Positions 50,571 to 61,153 of a stretch of 64,000 nucleotides of DNA are shown here, piece after piece (the first letter of the stretch is position 1; every line of letters begins with the position of its first letter). The position numbers and the translations under genes were made by a program. The stretch spans positions 928,001 through 992,000 of the forward strand of contig CAVTRY010000011.1 of NCBI GenBank assembly GCA_963737265.1, in the 5' to 3' direction. Origin of the DNA: an uncultured delta proteobacterium (GTDB lineage: Bacteria; Myxococcota_A; Polyangia; Fen-1088). A model generated the notes under the pieces. The model was not told where the DNA came from. It saw only the letters and a list, made by a program, of their open reading frames with translations, and did not search any database.

Positions 50571-52441
50571 TGGATCCCCGCCTGCTCACCTATTACAACC
50601 GCGAGTTGCAGTACATCCGCGAGACCGGCCAGGAGTTCGCGAAGGAGTTCCCCAAGATCGCCGGCCGGTTGGGTATCGAGACGCTGGAGTGCACCGATCC
50701 CTATGTGGAACGGCTGCTGGAGTCGTTCGCGTTTCTTACCGCGAGGGTGCAACTCAAGATCGATTCGGAGTTCCCCCGCTTCACCCAGCATCTGCTGCAG
50801 ATGGTGTATCCGCACTACCTCTCGCCCACGCCGTCGATGGCCGTGGTGCAGTTTCGCCCCAGCCTCAGCCAAGGCGCGCTGCCCGATGGTTTCCGCATTG
50901 CCCGCGGCGCCGGGCTCAAAAGCGTCATCGGCAGGGGCGAGGTGACGCCGTGCGAGTTCCGCACCGCCCACGACGTCACGCTGTGGCCGCTGGAGATCGT
51001 CGGAGCGGAATATACCTCGTTCCTCGGCGACCTCGGCAACCTGCGCCTTCCCGGCAAGTCCAAGGCGGCCTTGCGCCTGCGCCTGCGCGCGTCCGCGGGA
51101 TTGACCTTCGATCGGCTGGCGCTCGACAGTCTTCCCATCTTCCTGCCTGGCGGCGACGAAATCGCCATGCGCCTGTACGAACTGCTGCTCGCCCACACCA
51201 CTGCCTTGGTCATTCGTCCCGCAGGCCAGGGCGCGGCAGCCAACGAATTGGTCGTGGATAGTCCGGTTCGGCCTCTCGGCTTCGAAGACGAGCAGGCGCT
51301 GCTGCCGTACGGGCCGCGCTCCTTCCAGGGCTATCGCCTCTTGCAGGAATACTTCACCTTTCCCAGCCGCTTTCTCTTCGCCGAGCTTGCCGGGATGAAA
51401 GACGCCGTTCGCCGCTGCGCGAGCTCGGAGATGGAAATCGTGATCGTCCTCGACGCTCAGGACTCGCGTCTCGAGAAGGCCATCGGGCCGGCGCAATTCG
51501 AGCTGTTCTGCACGCCGGCGGTCAATCTGTTCCCCAAACGCACCGATCGCATTCACCTCAGCGAAGGCGAGAACGAATATCACGTCGTCCCCGACCGGGC
51601 GCGACCGATGGACTACGAGGTCTACTCGGTGACGGAGGTCGTGGGCTACGGAACCGCTGGCGACGAGAAGCAGGAATTCCTTCCATTCTATGCCGCCCAC
51701 GACCGGTCGACCGCCGACGACAAGTCCGCCTACTACACGGTTCACCGGCAGCCGCGCATGCTCTCGACCAAACAGCGCGCCCAGGGCGCACGCTCGAGCT
51801 ACGTCGGCAGCGAGATCTTCGTCGACCTGGTCGATCCAACCGAAGCGCCGCACCGGCCCCAGCTCAAACAGCTCGCGGTCGACACCCTGTGCACGAATCG
51901 CGACCTCACCCTTCACATTCCCGTCGGTCAGCAAATCAGCGACTTCGTCCTCGACACCGGGTCACCGGTGGTGTCGGTGCGCTGTCTCGCTGGCCCGACC
52001 CCGCCCCGGCCCTCCTACGCTCACGGCGATCCCACCTGGCGGCTCGTCAGCCACCTTTCGCTCAATTATCTGTCCATCACCGACAGCGCCAACGGCGGCG
52101 GCGCGCTGGCCCTGCGCGAATTGCTTTCCCTCTACGGCGACGCCAGCGACCCCATCGTGCGCAAGCAGATCGACGGCGTGCGGTCGGTTTCCTCGCAATC
52201 GGCCACGCGCCGTTTGCCGACCTCCGGACCGGTTGCCTTCGGACGCGGCCTCGAAGTCACGCTGACTCTCGACGAGACGGCGTTCGAAGGCATGGGCGTC
52301 TTTCTTTTGGGCGCGGTTCTCGAACGCTTCTTCGCCAAGTATGTTTCCATCAATTCATTCAGCGAAACCGCTCTCAAAAGCGTGCAGCGCGGGGAGATCG
52401 TGCGATGGCCAGCGAGGCTGGGCCGACGTCCGGCGCTGTAG
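50570..52441 (+). CDS. tssF: T6SS baseplate TssF
   Basis: YYNREL, DPYVERLLESFAF, GYRLLQEYF, LERFFAKYVSINSF. Confidence 0.96.
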   Translation: MDPRLLTYYNRELQYIRETGQEFAKEFPKIAGRLGIETLECTDPYVERLLESFAFLTARVQLKIDSEFPRFTQHLLQMVYPHYLSPTPSMAVVQFRPSLSQGALPDGFRIARGAGLKSVIGRGEVTPCEFRTAHDVTLWPLEIVGAEYTSFLGDLGNLRLPGKSKAALRLRLRASAGLTFDRLALDSLPIFLPGGDEIAMRLYELLLAHTTALVIRPAGQGAAANELVVDSPVRPLGFEDEQALLPYGPRSFQGYRLLQEYFTFPSRFLFAELAGMKDAVRRCASSEMEIVIVLDAQDSRLEKAIGPAQFELFCTPAVNLFPKRTDRIHLSEGENEYHVVPDRARPMDYEVYSVTEVVGYGTAGDEKQEFLPFYAAHDRSTADDKSAYYTVHRQPRMLSTKQRAQGARSSYVGSEIFVDLVDPTEAPHRPQLKQLAVDTLCTNRDLTLHIPVGQQISDFVLDTGSPVVSVRCLAGPTPPRPSYAHGDPTWRLVSHLSLNYLSITDSANGGGALALRELLSLYGDASDPIVRKQIDGVRSVSSQSATRRLPTSGPVAFGRGLEVTLTLDETAFEGMGVFLLGAVLERFFAKYVSINSFSETALKSVQRGEIVRWPARLGRRPAL

Positions 52442-53511
52442 CTTTCGCCGCGCCGCCGTCCGCCGTGGCCAGCAATGCGCGGCTGGACGAGCTCTTGCGT
52501 GCCGTGGAGGTGGCTCCGGAGAAGTACGACTTCTTCGCTCTTATGCGCCTCATCGAGTGCACGTGCGCCGATCGTGCACGCTTGGGGCAAGCCACCCGCC
52601 CGGTCGATGAACCCATCCGGCTCGGCCAAGAGCCATCCTTGGCTTTCGCGCCATCCACCCTCGCCTATGTCGTTCCATCCAAGGAAGGTCGACCACCGCG
52701 CATCGGCTCCTATTTTCTGGGGGTCTTGGGGCCCAACGGTCCGCTGCCGATTCACCTGACCGAGTACGTGCGCGATCGGTTGCGCAACTCGGACGACCCG
52801 ACCCTCATCCGGTTCTTCGATCTTTTCCACAACCGCGTTCTTACCCTCTTCTACCGCGCGTGGGCCAACGCCCAACCCACGGTGTGCCTGGACCGCCCCG
52901 GCTCCGACCGCTTCATGACCTATGTCGGCGCTCTTTTCGGCATCGGCTCGCCCGCCATGCTCGAACGCGACGAGTTTTCGGACAACGCCAAACGCTACTT
53001 CGCCGGCCGCTTCGCGCTTCAGACCAGAAACGCCGAGGGCCTGCGGGCCATGGTGCGCGACTACTTCGGCCTGCCCACCGTACTCGAAGAATTCATCGGC
53101 GAGTGGACGCCCCTGCAAGACGAAGCTCGTTGGCGCATCACCCGAGCCTCGCGCGCTGGCGCTCTCGGACTCTCGACCGTCTTGGGGGCGCGCGCCTGGC
53201 AACGGCAAACCAAGTTCCGCCTGACCTTTGGCCCGCTCAAGGAAGACGAATTCCAGAGCATGTTGCCCGGCGGCCGACGGCTTAAGCGACTCAAGGCACT
53301 AGTCCGCAACTACGTCGGCGATTCCCTGACCTGGGACGTGCGGCTGTTCCTCGACAAGCGGGTCAGCCGGCCCTTTCGGCTGGACCAATTCACCCGTCTC
53401 GGGTGGACATCCTGGCTCGGCCACTGTCCCGAAGGCGAAGGCCGCGAGGATCTCATCTTCAATCCCCACCAACCCAATGTTTCCGCATCCGCTTCGCCGT
53501 CTGTCTTGTAG
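52405..53511 (+). CDS. tssG: T6SS baseplate TssG
   Basis: GVLGPNGPLPIHLTE, FFDLFHNR...FYRAWA, LGWTSWLG. Confidence 0.95.
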   Translation: MASEAGPTSGAVAFAAPPSAVASNARLDELLRAVEVAPEKYDFFALMRLIECTCADRARLGQATRPVDEPIRLGQEPSLAFAPSTLAYVVPSKEGRPPRIGSYFLGVLGPNGPLPIHLTEYVRDRLRNSDDPTLIRFFDLFHNRVLTLFYRAWANAQPTVCLDRPGSDRFMTYVGALFGIGSPAMLERDEFSDNAKRYFAGRFALQTRNAEGLRAMVRDYFGLPTVLEEFIGEWTPLQDEARWRITRASRAGALGLSTVLGARAWQRQTKFRLTFGPLKEDEFQSMLPGGRRLKRLKALVRNYVGDSLTWDVRLFLDKRVSRPFRLDQFTRLGWTSWLGHCPEGEGREDLIFNPHQPNVSASASPSVL

Positions 53512-53624
53512 AATCCCGTCCCGTCCACCTCGTCCCGCACCCATCCGAACCCCGCACTTATCCGAACCCGCACCCATCAACTGCACGCAGGGTGGCCATT
53601 CGTGCCACAGGAGGAAGACCCACG

Positions 53625-56384
53625 ATGTCCGAGATCTCACGCGTATCGCTGTTCGGAAAGCTGAACAGCCTGGGTTACAAAGCCATCGAAAGCGCCACCG
53701 TCTTCTGCAAGCTGCGCGGCAACCCCTACGTCGAGCTTGTCCACTGGTTCAACCAGCTGCTGCAATTGCCCGATTCCGACCTGCACCGGATCGTCCGCGA
53801 ATTTCAGATCGATCCGTCGCGCCTGGCGCGCGACATGACCGCCGCCCTGGACCGCTTGCCAAGAGGTGCGACCTCGATTTCCGATCTGTCCTCGCACATC
53901 GAAGAGGCCGTCGAGCGCGGTTGGGTCTACGGCACGCTGCTTTTCGGCGAATCGCAAGTGCGCACCGGTCATCTCGTGGTCGGAATGCTCAAGACGGCAA
54001 ACCTGCGCAACGCCTTGGCGTCGATGTCGCGCGAGTTCGACAAGATCAAGATCGAGCAACTGGTCGAGAAATTCGCCAGCATCGTGGGCGGCTCGCCCGA
54101 GAACACCATGCAGTCGAGCGACGGCTTCCAGACCGGCGGCGGCGCGGCGCCCGGCGAAGCCAGCGGCGCCATCGCGCCCGCGGCCATGGGCAAGCAGGAA
54201 GCGCTCAAGAAATACTCGGTCGACCTGACCGAACGCGCGCGCAGCGGCGAAATGGATCCCATCGTGGGACGCGACGAGGAAATCCGGCAAATCGTCGACA
54301 TCCTCATGCGCCGCCGCCAAAACAACCCGATTCTCACCGGCGAGGCCGGCGTGGGCAAGACCGCGGTCGTCGAAGGCTTCGCGCAGCGGATCGCCGCCGG
54401 CGACGTGCCCCCTCCGCTCAAGGATGTTTCGCTGCGCTCGCTCGACATCGGGCTGCTCCAAGCCGGTGCCAGCATGAAGGGCGAATTCGAAAATCGCCTG
54501 CGCCAGGTCATCGACGAGGTCCAATCTTCGCCCAAGCCCATCATTCTGTTCATCGACGAGGCCCACACCCTCATCGGCGCGGGTGGCGCGGCCGGGACTG
54601 GCGACGCCGCCAACCTGCTCAAGCCCGCGCTCGCTCGCGGCAAGCTGCGCACCATCGCGGCCACGACCTGGGCCGAATACAAGAAGCACATCGAAAAGGA
54701 TCCCGCGCTCACCCGGCGCTTCCAGGTGGTTCAGATCGGCGAGCCCAGCGAAGCCAAGGCCTTGCTCATGATGCGCGGGATCGCCTCGACGCTGGAAAAG
54801 CACCACCGCATCCAAATCCTCGACGAAGCCCTGGAATCCGCGGTCAAGCTTTCCCACCGCTACATTCCCGCGCGCCAGTTGCCCGACAAGTCCGTCAGCC
54901 TACTCGACACCGCGTGCGCGCGCGTGGCCATCAGCCAGCACGCCGTGCCCGCCGAGGTGGAAGACTGCCGCCGCCGCATTCAGGCCCTCGAGACCGAAAT
55001 CGAGATCATCAAGCGCGAAGACGCCGTGGGCGTCAGCGGGGCGGCGAAGCGCCAAACCGATGCGCAACAGAAGCTCGACGACGAGAAAAAACGCCTGGCC
55101 GGCCTCGAAGAACGCTGGAATGCCGAGAAGGCCCTGGTGACCGAGATTCTGGAACTGCGCGCGCAACTGCGCGGGGCCACGGAGAAGATCGAAGGTACCG
55201 CCAGCAAGCTCGAAGCCAAGGCAGAGAAGGCGAAGGGCGCCGCAGCGCCAGCGACGCCGCCAGCGACGCCCGCACCACCCCAGCCCCCGATTGACCGCGC
55301 GGCCCTGCTGGCCAAGCTCAAGACGGCCCAGGATGCCCTGACCACCTTGCAAGGCTACCATCCGCTGATTCTGCCCACGGTGGATGCCCAAGCCGTGGCC
55401 TCGGTGGTCGGCGATTGGACCGGTATCCCGGTCGGCCGCATGGTCAAGAACGAAATCGAAACCGTGCTCAAGCTGGCCGACACGCTCAATCAGCGCGTGA
55501 TCGGGCAACGCCACGGCCTGGAGATGATCGCCCGCCGGGTACAGACCTCGCGCGCGAACATCGAAAACCCCAACAAGCCCATCGGCGTGTTCATGCTGGC
55601 CGGACCGTCGGGCGTCGGCAAGACCGAAACCGCGCTGGCGCTCGCCGAGGGCCTCTACGGCGGCGAGCAGAACATCATCACCATCAACATGAGCGAGTAT
55701 CAGGAAGCGCACACGGTTTCCACGCTCAAGGGCTCGCCTCCAGGGTACGTGGGCTACGGCGAGGGCGGCGTGCTCACCGAGGCGGTGCGGCGGCGTCCCT
55801 ACAGCGTGGTCCTTCTCGACGAAGTGGAAAAGGCCCACCCCGATGTCCACGAGCTCTTCTTCCAAGTCTTCGACAAGGGCTGGATGGAGGACGGCGAAGG
55901 CCGGGTCATCGACTTCAAGAACACGCTCATCCTGCTCACCACCAACGTGGGCAGCGAGCTCATCATGAACATGTGCAAGGATCCAGCCCTGCTGCCCGAG
56001 CCCGAGGGCATCGCCAAGGCTCTGCGCGAGCCGCTGCTCAAGGTCTTCCCCGCCGCCCTACTCGGCCGCATGGTCACCATCCCGTACTACCCACTCAGCG
56101 ACGAGATGATCGGCAACATCGCGCGCCTGCAGCTCGGCCGCATCACCAAGCGCATCGGCGAAAGCCACAAGGTCCCGTTCACCTACAGCGACGAAGTCGT
56201 CAAGCTGATCGTCAGCCGCTGCACCGAGCTCGAAAGCGGCGGCCGCATGATCGACGCCATCCTCACCAACACCGTGTTGCCTGTCATCAGCAAGGAAATC
56301 CTCACCCGCATGATGGAAAGCAAGCCCATCACCCGCATCGCGACGACGGTCGTCGGCGGCGAATTGCACTACGACTTCGATTGA
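53625..56384 (+). CDS. clpV: T6SS ATPase ClpV (TssH)
   Basis: RGNPYVELVHW, GEAGVGKT, GPSGVGKT, LKGSPPGYVGYGEGGVLTE. Confidence 0.97.
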   Translation: MSEISRVSLFGKLNSLGYKAIESATVFCKLRGNPYVELVHWFNQLLQLPDSDLHRIVREFQIDPSRLARDMTAALDRLPRGATSISDLSSHIEEAVERGWVYGTLLFGESQVRTGHLVVGMLKTANLRNALASMSREFDKIKIEQLVEKFASIVGGSPENTMQSSDGFQTGGGAAPGEASGAIAPAAMGKQEALKKYSVDLTERARSGEMDPIVGRDEEIRQIVDILMRRRQNNPILTGEAGVGKTAVVEGFAQRIAAGDVPPPLKDVSLRSLDIGLLQAGASMKGEFENRLRQVIDEVQSSPKPIILFIDEAHTLIGAGGAAGTGDAANLLKPALARGKLRTIAATTWAEYKKHIEKDPALTRRFQVVQIGEPSEAKALLMMRGIASTLEKHHRIQILDEALESAVKLSHRYIPARQLPDKSVSLLDTACARVAISQHAVPAEVEDCRRRIQALETEIEIIKREDAVGVSGAAKRQTDAQQKLDDEKKRLAGLEERWNAEKALVTEILELRAQLRGATEKIEGTASKLEAKAEKAKGAAAPATPPATPAPPQPPIDRAALLAKLKTAQDALTTLQGYHPLILPTVDAQAVASVVGDWTGIPVGRMVKNEIETVLKLADTLNQRVIGQRHGLEMIARRVQTSRANIENPNKPIGVFMLAGPSGVGKTETALALAEGLYGGEQNIITINMSEYQEAHTVSTLKGSPPGYVGYGEGGVLTEAVRRRPYSVVLLDEVEKAHPDVHELFFQVFDKGWMEDGEGRVIDFKNTLILLTTNVGSELIMNMCKDPALLPEPEGIAKALREPLLKVFPAALLGRMVTIPYYPLSDEMIGNIARLQLGRITKRIGESHKVPFTYSDEVVKLIVSRCTELESGGRMIDAILTNTVLPVISKEILTRMMESKPITRIATTVVGGELHYDFD

Positions 56385-56439
56385 CCGCCCGGCAACTGTC
56401 CGGCACAATTTCCACCAACAACTAGAATAGGGGTCACTC

Positions 56440-58573
56440 ATGGCACTGTTAGGACAAGACACGTTGGTTACCGGGCCCTTGGACAAGGGCGTGCTTCTTC
56501 TCGAGACATTCGCGGGTTATGAGGCGCTGGGGGAACCCTACAACTACGAGTTGACCCTTCTTTCCACCAACCCCGCCATCCCGGTGGGAGACGTGCTCGG
56601 CAAGCCTCTCACCGTCCACATCAAGCTCGACAGCGGCAAATATCGCTATTTCCACGGCATCGTCACCTATTTCGCCAAGGTCGGCCCGACCCACGGACAT
56701 ACCCGCTACGTCGCCGTCCTCAACCCACAACTTTCCCTGTTCGAGTACACGCGCGACTGCCGGATCATGGATGAAGAAGGCCAGACAGCCCTCAGCATCG
56801 TGACCGACGTGCTTGCCAAACGCGGGTTCACCGACGTCGACTCGGGTTCCATCAAGGACCACACCTATCGCCAACACGACTACTGCGTGCAATACTGCGA
56901 GAGCGATTCTCAACTTCGTGCACCGACTGCTCGAAGAGGAGGGCATCTATTACTTCTTCAAGCATGAAAACGGCCTGCACACGATGGTGCTTGCCGATTC
57001 CACCACCGCCCATGCCAAGGTACCCGGCTACGAAACCGTCCTCTGCCGCCCCATGCTCCACGCGCAAGCGCGCGATGAGGAGCACTTCTGGTCGCTCAGG
57101 GTAACCGGGGGACTTTACCCCGGCAAGCTCACCGTGGTGCGCGGATACGACTACACGCTCATCCGGCCATCCGCCGTCCAATTTGGCCAGCAGCCGTCGG
57201 GCGAGCCCCGGCCCGGCTCGGATTTCGAAGACTACGACTATCCAGGGGGACTTTCGCCAGAGGCGGAAGCCAACCAAGAAGCCCTGGTGCGCATGCAGAT
57301 GGACCGCGTCGCCAACACGGTGATCGAGGTCGAGGGCAACACCATGGGGCTAGGCGTGGGCGCCCTCGTCAGCCTCGCCAAGCCGTTGTCCATCGACGGC
57401 ATCGCCTTCAATCCCTTTTGGGGCGAAGACGGCTTCGCCAAGGAATACCTCATCACCTCCGCGCGCTACTCCATCAGCATCAACCAGTACGAATCCGGCG
57501 ACGTGGCGAAATCCGACCAGCCATTCAAGGCGAGCTACACCTTGCTCGACAGCCAGGTCCAGTTCCGCCCCCAGCGCGGGGCGAGCAAGCCCAGGATCGA
57601 AGGCCCCCAGACCGCCGTCGTGGTGGGGCCCGCCGACGAAGAAATCTGCACCGACACCGACAAGCTCGGCCGCGTGAAGGTGCAGTTCGACTGGGATCGC
57701 CTCGGCAAACACGACGAGAAATCCTCTTGCTGGGTCCGTGTGTCCCAAGCCTGGGCCGGGGCGAAATGGGGCGCCTTTCACCTTCCACGCATCGGCCACG
57801 AAGTCATCGTGGAATTCCTCGACGGCGATCCCGACCGCCCCATCGTCACCGGCCGGGTCTACAACGCCGACAACCTGCCGCCCTACGACTCGCCCACCCA
57901 AAGCGGCATCAAGAGCCGCAGCACCAAAGGCGGCACCCCCAGCAACTTCAACGAAATCCGCTTCGAGGATCTCAAAGGCAAGGAAGAGCTGCACATCCAG
58001 GCCGAAAAGGACATGTCGACGTTGGTGAAGAACAATGAATCGCTTTCCGTGGGCGGCGACCGCAGCGTCAGCGTCACCGGCAATCAGTCGGTGAGCATCT
58101 CTGGCAAGGGCTCTAGTCCCATTCATTCCACGACCAAGGTCACCGGCAAATACGATCTCGACGTCAGCGACACCATTCACATCAAGGCGCCGACGTCGAT
58201 CACGCTAGAATGTCCAGGCAGCAAGATCGAGATGCTGCCGGGGAAGATAACCATCACGTCGGGTGACGGATCGACGATCGTGCTGGACGCCAATGTTCTG
58301 ACCAAGGCAAGCGGAGGCGCGAATACGCTGCATGATGCTCATGTCCTATCGCAGTCGAACGATGGAGCAAAGGTGCTGCTCGACGCCAACGTTCGCGCCG
58401 AGTCGAGCGGCGGAAGCGCGTTACAACTGGACGGCAACGCTCTGGTTGACGGTAAAGGCACGGCTGACCTTCAGGGCGCATCATCGGCAGCCATCTCGGC
58501 GGGTGGCTCATCGGTCAAGACCAGCTCCGGCGGAATCGACGTGTCTGGCTCAATGGTAAATCACAACGTTTGA
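56440..58573 (+). CDS. vgrG: T6SS spike VgrG (apparent +1 frameshift ~56908)
   Basis: YCVQYCESD|LNFVHRLLEEEGIYY, GPQTAVVVGP, GRVKVQFDWDR, LPRIGHEVIVEFLDGDPDRP; C-terminal beta-repeats; no toxin extension. Confidence 0.95.
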
Positions 58574-59205
58574 GCACAGCGAATAAATCCCCCCTTGCGT
58601 CGGATGCCGGGCCTGAGTCGGTTGGGCTGGTAACCGTGGAGGCGTCCAGAATGAAACAGGACATGACGAACGCTGTCGCCATGGATGGCGAGTCCGCCCA
58701 AGCGGATCCGGCGAAGAGTGTCGCACCCGTTCCCATCGGCGACGGGTGGAGCGCTGAGCTTTCGCCCTTGCGCGGGGGCGCCATGCTGAGAGTTGGCCGG
58801 GATGCAACCGACCAGTCCATGGAAATAGCTATTTCCCTCACCAGCGATGGTCCCGTCCTGCGAGCACGGGCTGCATCCTTCGAGATCGAGGCCCAGAAGG
58901 ATCTCGTCGTGCGGTGCGAACGATTCCAGGTCGAGGCACGGGAATCCGTCGAAATAGTTTCGCGCGGAACGCTCCAGGCCCAGGGCCGCCGGGTCGAAAT
59001 CGAGGCAACCCATGGCTCGGCGCGGGTGTTGGCCAATGACGACGTGCAGCTGCTGGGAGAGAACGTCCTGCTCAATTGCGAGCACCCGCAACCCTCGTTG
59101 CCGGGCTGGGCTCTGCCACCACCCCTTGCCCCAGCTCCGACTCTCGCAGTCGAGCACGTGTCTGGGGACACCGACCTCGTTGCGGACTTGAAGGAGGGGC
59201 GATAG
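58570..59205 (+). CDS. Hypothetical protein with gp5/VgrG-tip-like beta-strand repeats
   Basis: Overlaps the vgrG stop; FEIEA..DLVVRC..FQVEA..SVEI..VEIEA...VQLLGENVLLN. Confidence 0.6.
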   Translation: MSTANKSPLASDAGPESVGLVTVEASRMKQDMTNAVAMDGESAQADPAKSVAPVPIGDGWSAELSPLRGGAMLRVGRDATDQSMEIAISLTSDGPVLRARAASFEIEAQKDLVVRCERFQVEARESVEIVSRGTLQAQGRRVEIEATHGSARVLANDDVQLLGENVLLNCEHPQPSLPGWALPPPLAPAPTLAVEHVSGDTDLVADLKEGR

Positions 59206-59209
59206 AGCG

Positions 59210-60169
59210 ATGCGTCTGACCAACCAAACAGGTGCGGCGGCCTATCTCTACAAGGTGAATCTTCTCGAGCCTGAGTTGCGAGTCGTCGCGATCGTCAAGA
59301 AGACCTATGCGCTCGCCCCGGACGGCCGCCTAGCCGCAGCCGACGAGCCGCTCCCACTCGTCGTCGACCAGCTTGTCACTGAGCACGGATGCTTTCACGG
59401 CGAGATCTTTTTTCGCAAACGTGGCATAGACCTTTGCGTGCTCGGCACTGCCCGCTTCGAGACACCCGTCCGGCATGCACGGGTGAGGATCGATGTTGGC
59501 CCGTGGAATCACGAGCTGAGGGTCCTCGGCGATCGGGTGTGGACCCGAGACCGCAGCGGCACCCTGGTGCCGACCGCGCCGGCACCGTTCCAAGAAATGC
59601 CGATAAGCTATGCCCGAGCCTTCGGCGGAGTGGCGCAGGTCAACGGAGAAGATGTGCCTTTGCCCGACAATCCCCTCGGGCGCGGATACTACGAAGCTGC
59701 GGAACACGCGATCGGCAAGCCTCTGCCCAACATCGAACCCGCGAACTGGTCAGCCGCGTGCAGCTGGAACACGCACATTCCCGTCGCTGGCTGGGCGCCC
59801 TACCCGATGTACTGGGGGCTGCGCGCTTCACGCGCGGTCAAGGTCGAGCCGAAGAGCGGCGAGATCCTCGACGTGTCCACGGAGATCTTCAACCACGCCC
59901 ATCCCGAGTTGATCCTCGATCGCCTGGAACCGGGCACGCCCGTACGAATCACCGGCCTCCGCAAGGCTTCCATCGTCCTCGCTGTTCCGCGCGAACGTCC
60001 TCGCGTCGAATGTCACGTGGGCGAGAAAGTCTCCGAAGCCTTTGGGGAGATCGACGGCTTGTTTCTTTGGACCGACGCAAACCGGGTCGTGGTCACCTGG
60101 CGGGCTCGTTTTCGCTACGCCTTCCGACGCGAAGAAATCCGACGCGCAACCCTTAGCTTCGTGCAGTGA
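59210..60169 (+). CDS. DUF2169-family T6SS adaptor
   Basis: VAIVKKTY, DLCVLGTA, VLGDRVW, PISYARAFGG, NPLGRGY, PNIE, FNHAHP. Confidence 0.88.
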   Translation: MRLTNQTGAAAYLYKVNLLEPELRVVAIVKKTYALAPDGRLAAADEPLPLVVDQLVTEHGCFHGEIFFRKRGIDLCVLGTARFETPVRHARVRIDVGPWNHELRVLGDRVWTRDRSGTLVPTAPAPFQEMPISYARAFGGVAQVNGEDVPLPDNPLGRGYYEAAEHAIGKPLPNIEPANWSAACSWNTHIPVAGWAPYPMYWGLRASRAVKVEPKSGEILDVSTEIFNHAHPELILDRLEPGTPVRITGLRKASIVLAVPRERPRVECHVGEKVSEAFGEIDGLFLWTDANRVVVTWRARFRYAFRREEIRRATLSFVQ

Positions 60170-60176
60170 GGATCCA

Positions 60177-61142
60177 ATGCCAGGTTTTCCAGTTCTAACC
60201 ACCCTTCAGCCAATCTTTGGCCTCGATGCTCACAAGTCGCTCCCGCCGCCTCCACCCGTGGGCCCCCTCATTCTCCCACACCCTGTCGTTTGGGTCTCTG
60301 GTCTCAGCCAGAAGACCGGCTTCATGTGGGCCATTGCTGCTACCAGCCGTGCCAGCTCGCCAGAGAGCGGTTGCCTCACGCCCACGCGCGTGGGCCCTGG
60401 CTATGCCTGCGGGCGAACGCACGACGCCGGCCCGCATCCAGGGCATATTTGGCCGAATGCGCTGCTTCCGCTCATTCTGCTCAGCTCAGCGAGCAAGGCC
60501 GAGTTTGGCTCGGGCACGGTAAAAACGGCCATCGCGCCACAGGCCGGTGGCTCGGCGGACATGTGCATCAATGTCGCTTTCGTTCTCAACACCAACCTCG
60601 ACTGCCAAGACTTTCCGTTTCCCCCCTTACCCTCAGGAATGTGCTTCACCACGAACTACACGGTCTATGCTGGCTTCACCTTCATCGATTTCCTGCGGGG
60701 AATAATGCAGATGTTCATGGATGCCGTGGTAACGTGGCTCGTGGGGTTGGGTTGTGCAGCGCTCTCCGTGGTGCTCAGCGGTGTGATTGGGAAGCTATTG
60801 GGCAGGGCCGCACTATCCGACATATTGGGAGGGTTTAAGGGAATCTTCAACCTGGGAGGTCAGAGCAATGCCGTCTCCAGGGCCGTCATCTCCGACTACG
60901 CCTTAAGCGGTCGGGCTTTCGTTGAAGGGTGGCGAGCCATTCCCGGAGCGCTTGCCTCTGCGTGGAAGCAAGCTCCAGTCGAGCAGATTGTGGGACCGGT
61001 TACCGGCCTCCTCGGAACCTTCGGCGCAGGGACACCCATTGGATATGCCCCAAAGGACGCGAAGGTTGGCGGATGGAATCCCGATCCCCATAGCACTGTC
61101 AATGCTTGGTACTCTAGTTGGATCGACAATTGGCACAAATAG
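60177..61142 (+). CDS. Putative T6SS effector: PAAR-like N-terminus plus hydrophobic Gly-rich C-terminal region
   Basis: Directly follows DUF2169; GLDAH..PPPPP...PHP, HDAGPH.GH, FGSGTV and CQD, then hydrophobic/amphipathic helices. The function is inferred. Confidence 0.6.
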   Translation: MPGFPVLTTLQPIFGLDAHKSLPPPPPVGPLILPHPVVWVSGLSQKTGFMWAIAATSRASSPESGCLTPTRVGPGYACGRTHDAGPHPGHIWPNALLPLILLSSASKAEFGSGTVKTAIAPQAGGSADMCINVAFVLNTNLDCQDFPFPPLPSGMCFTTNYTVYAGFTFIDFLRGIMQMFMDAVVTWLVGLGCAALSVVLSGVIGKLLGRAALSDILGGFKGIFNLGGQSNAVSRAVISDYALSGRAFVEGWRAIPGALASAWKQAPVEQIVGPVTGLLGTFGAGTPIGYAPKDAKVGGWNPDPHSTVNAWYSSWIDNWHK

Positions 61143-61153
61143 GACACGCCCTA

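Noticed and set aside
55245-55290. GCCAGCGACGCC tandem repeat in clpV
   Set aside because: It encodes a Pro/Ala/Thr linker in the variable middle region of ClpV; ordinary low complexity.
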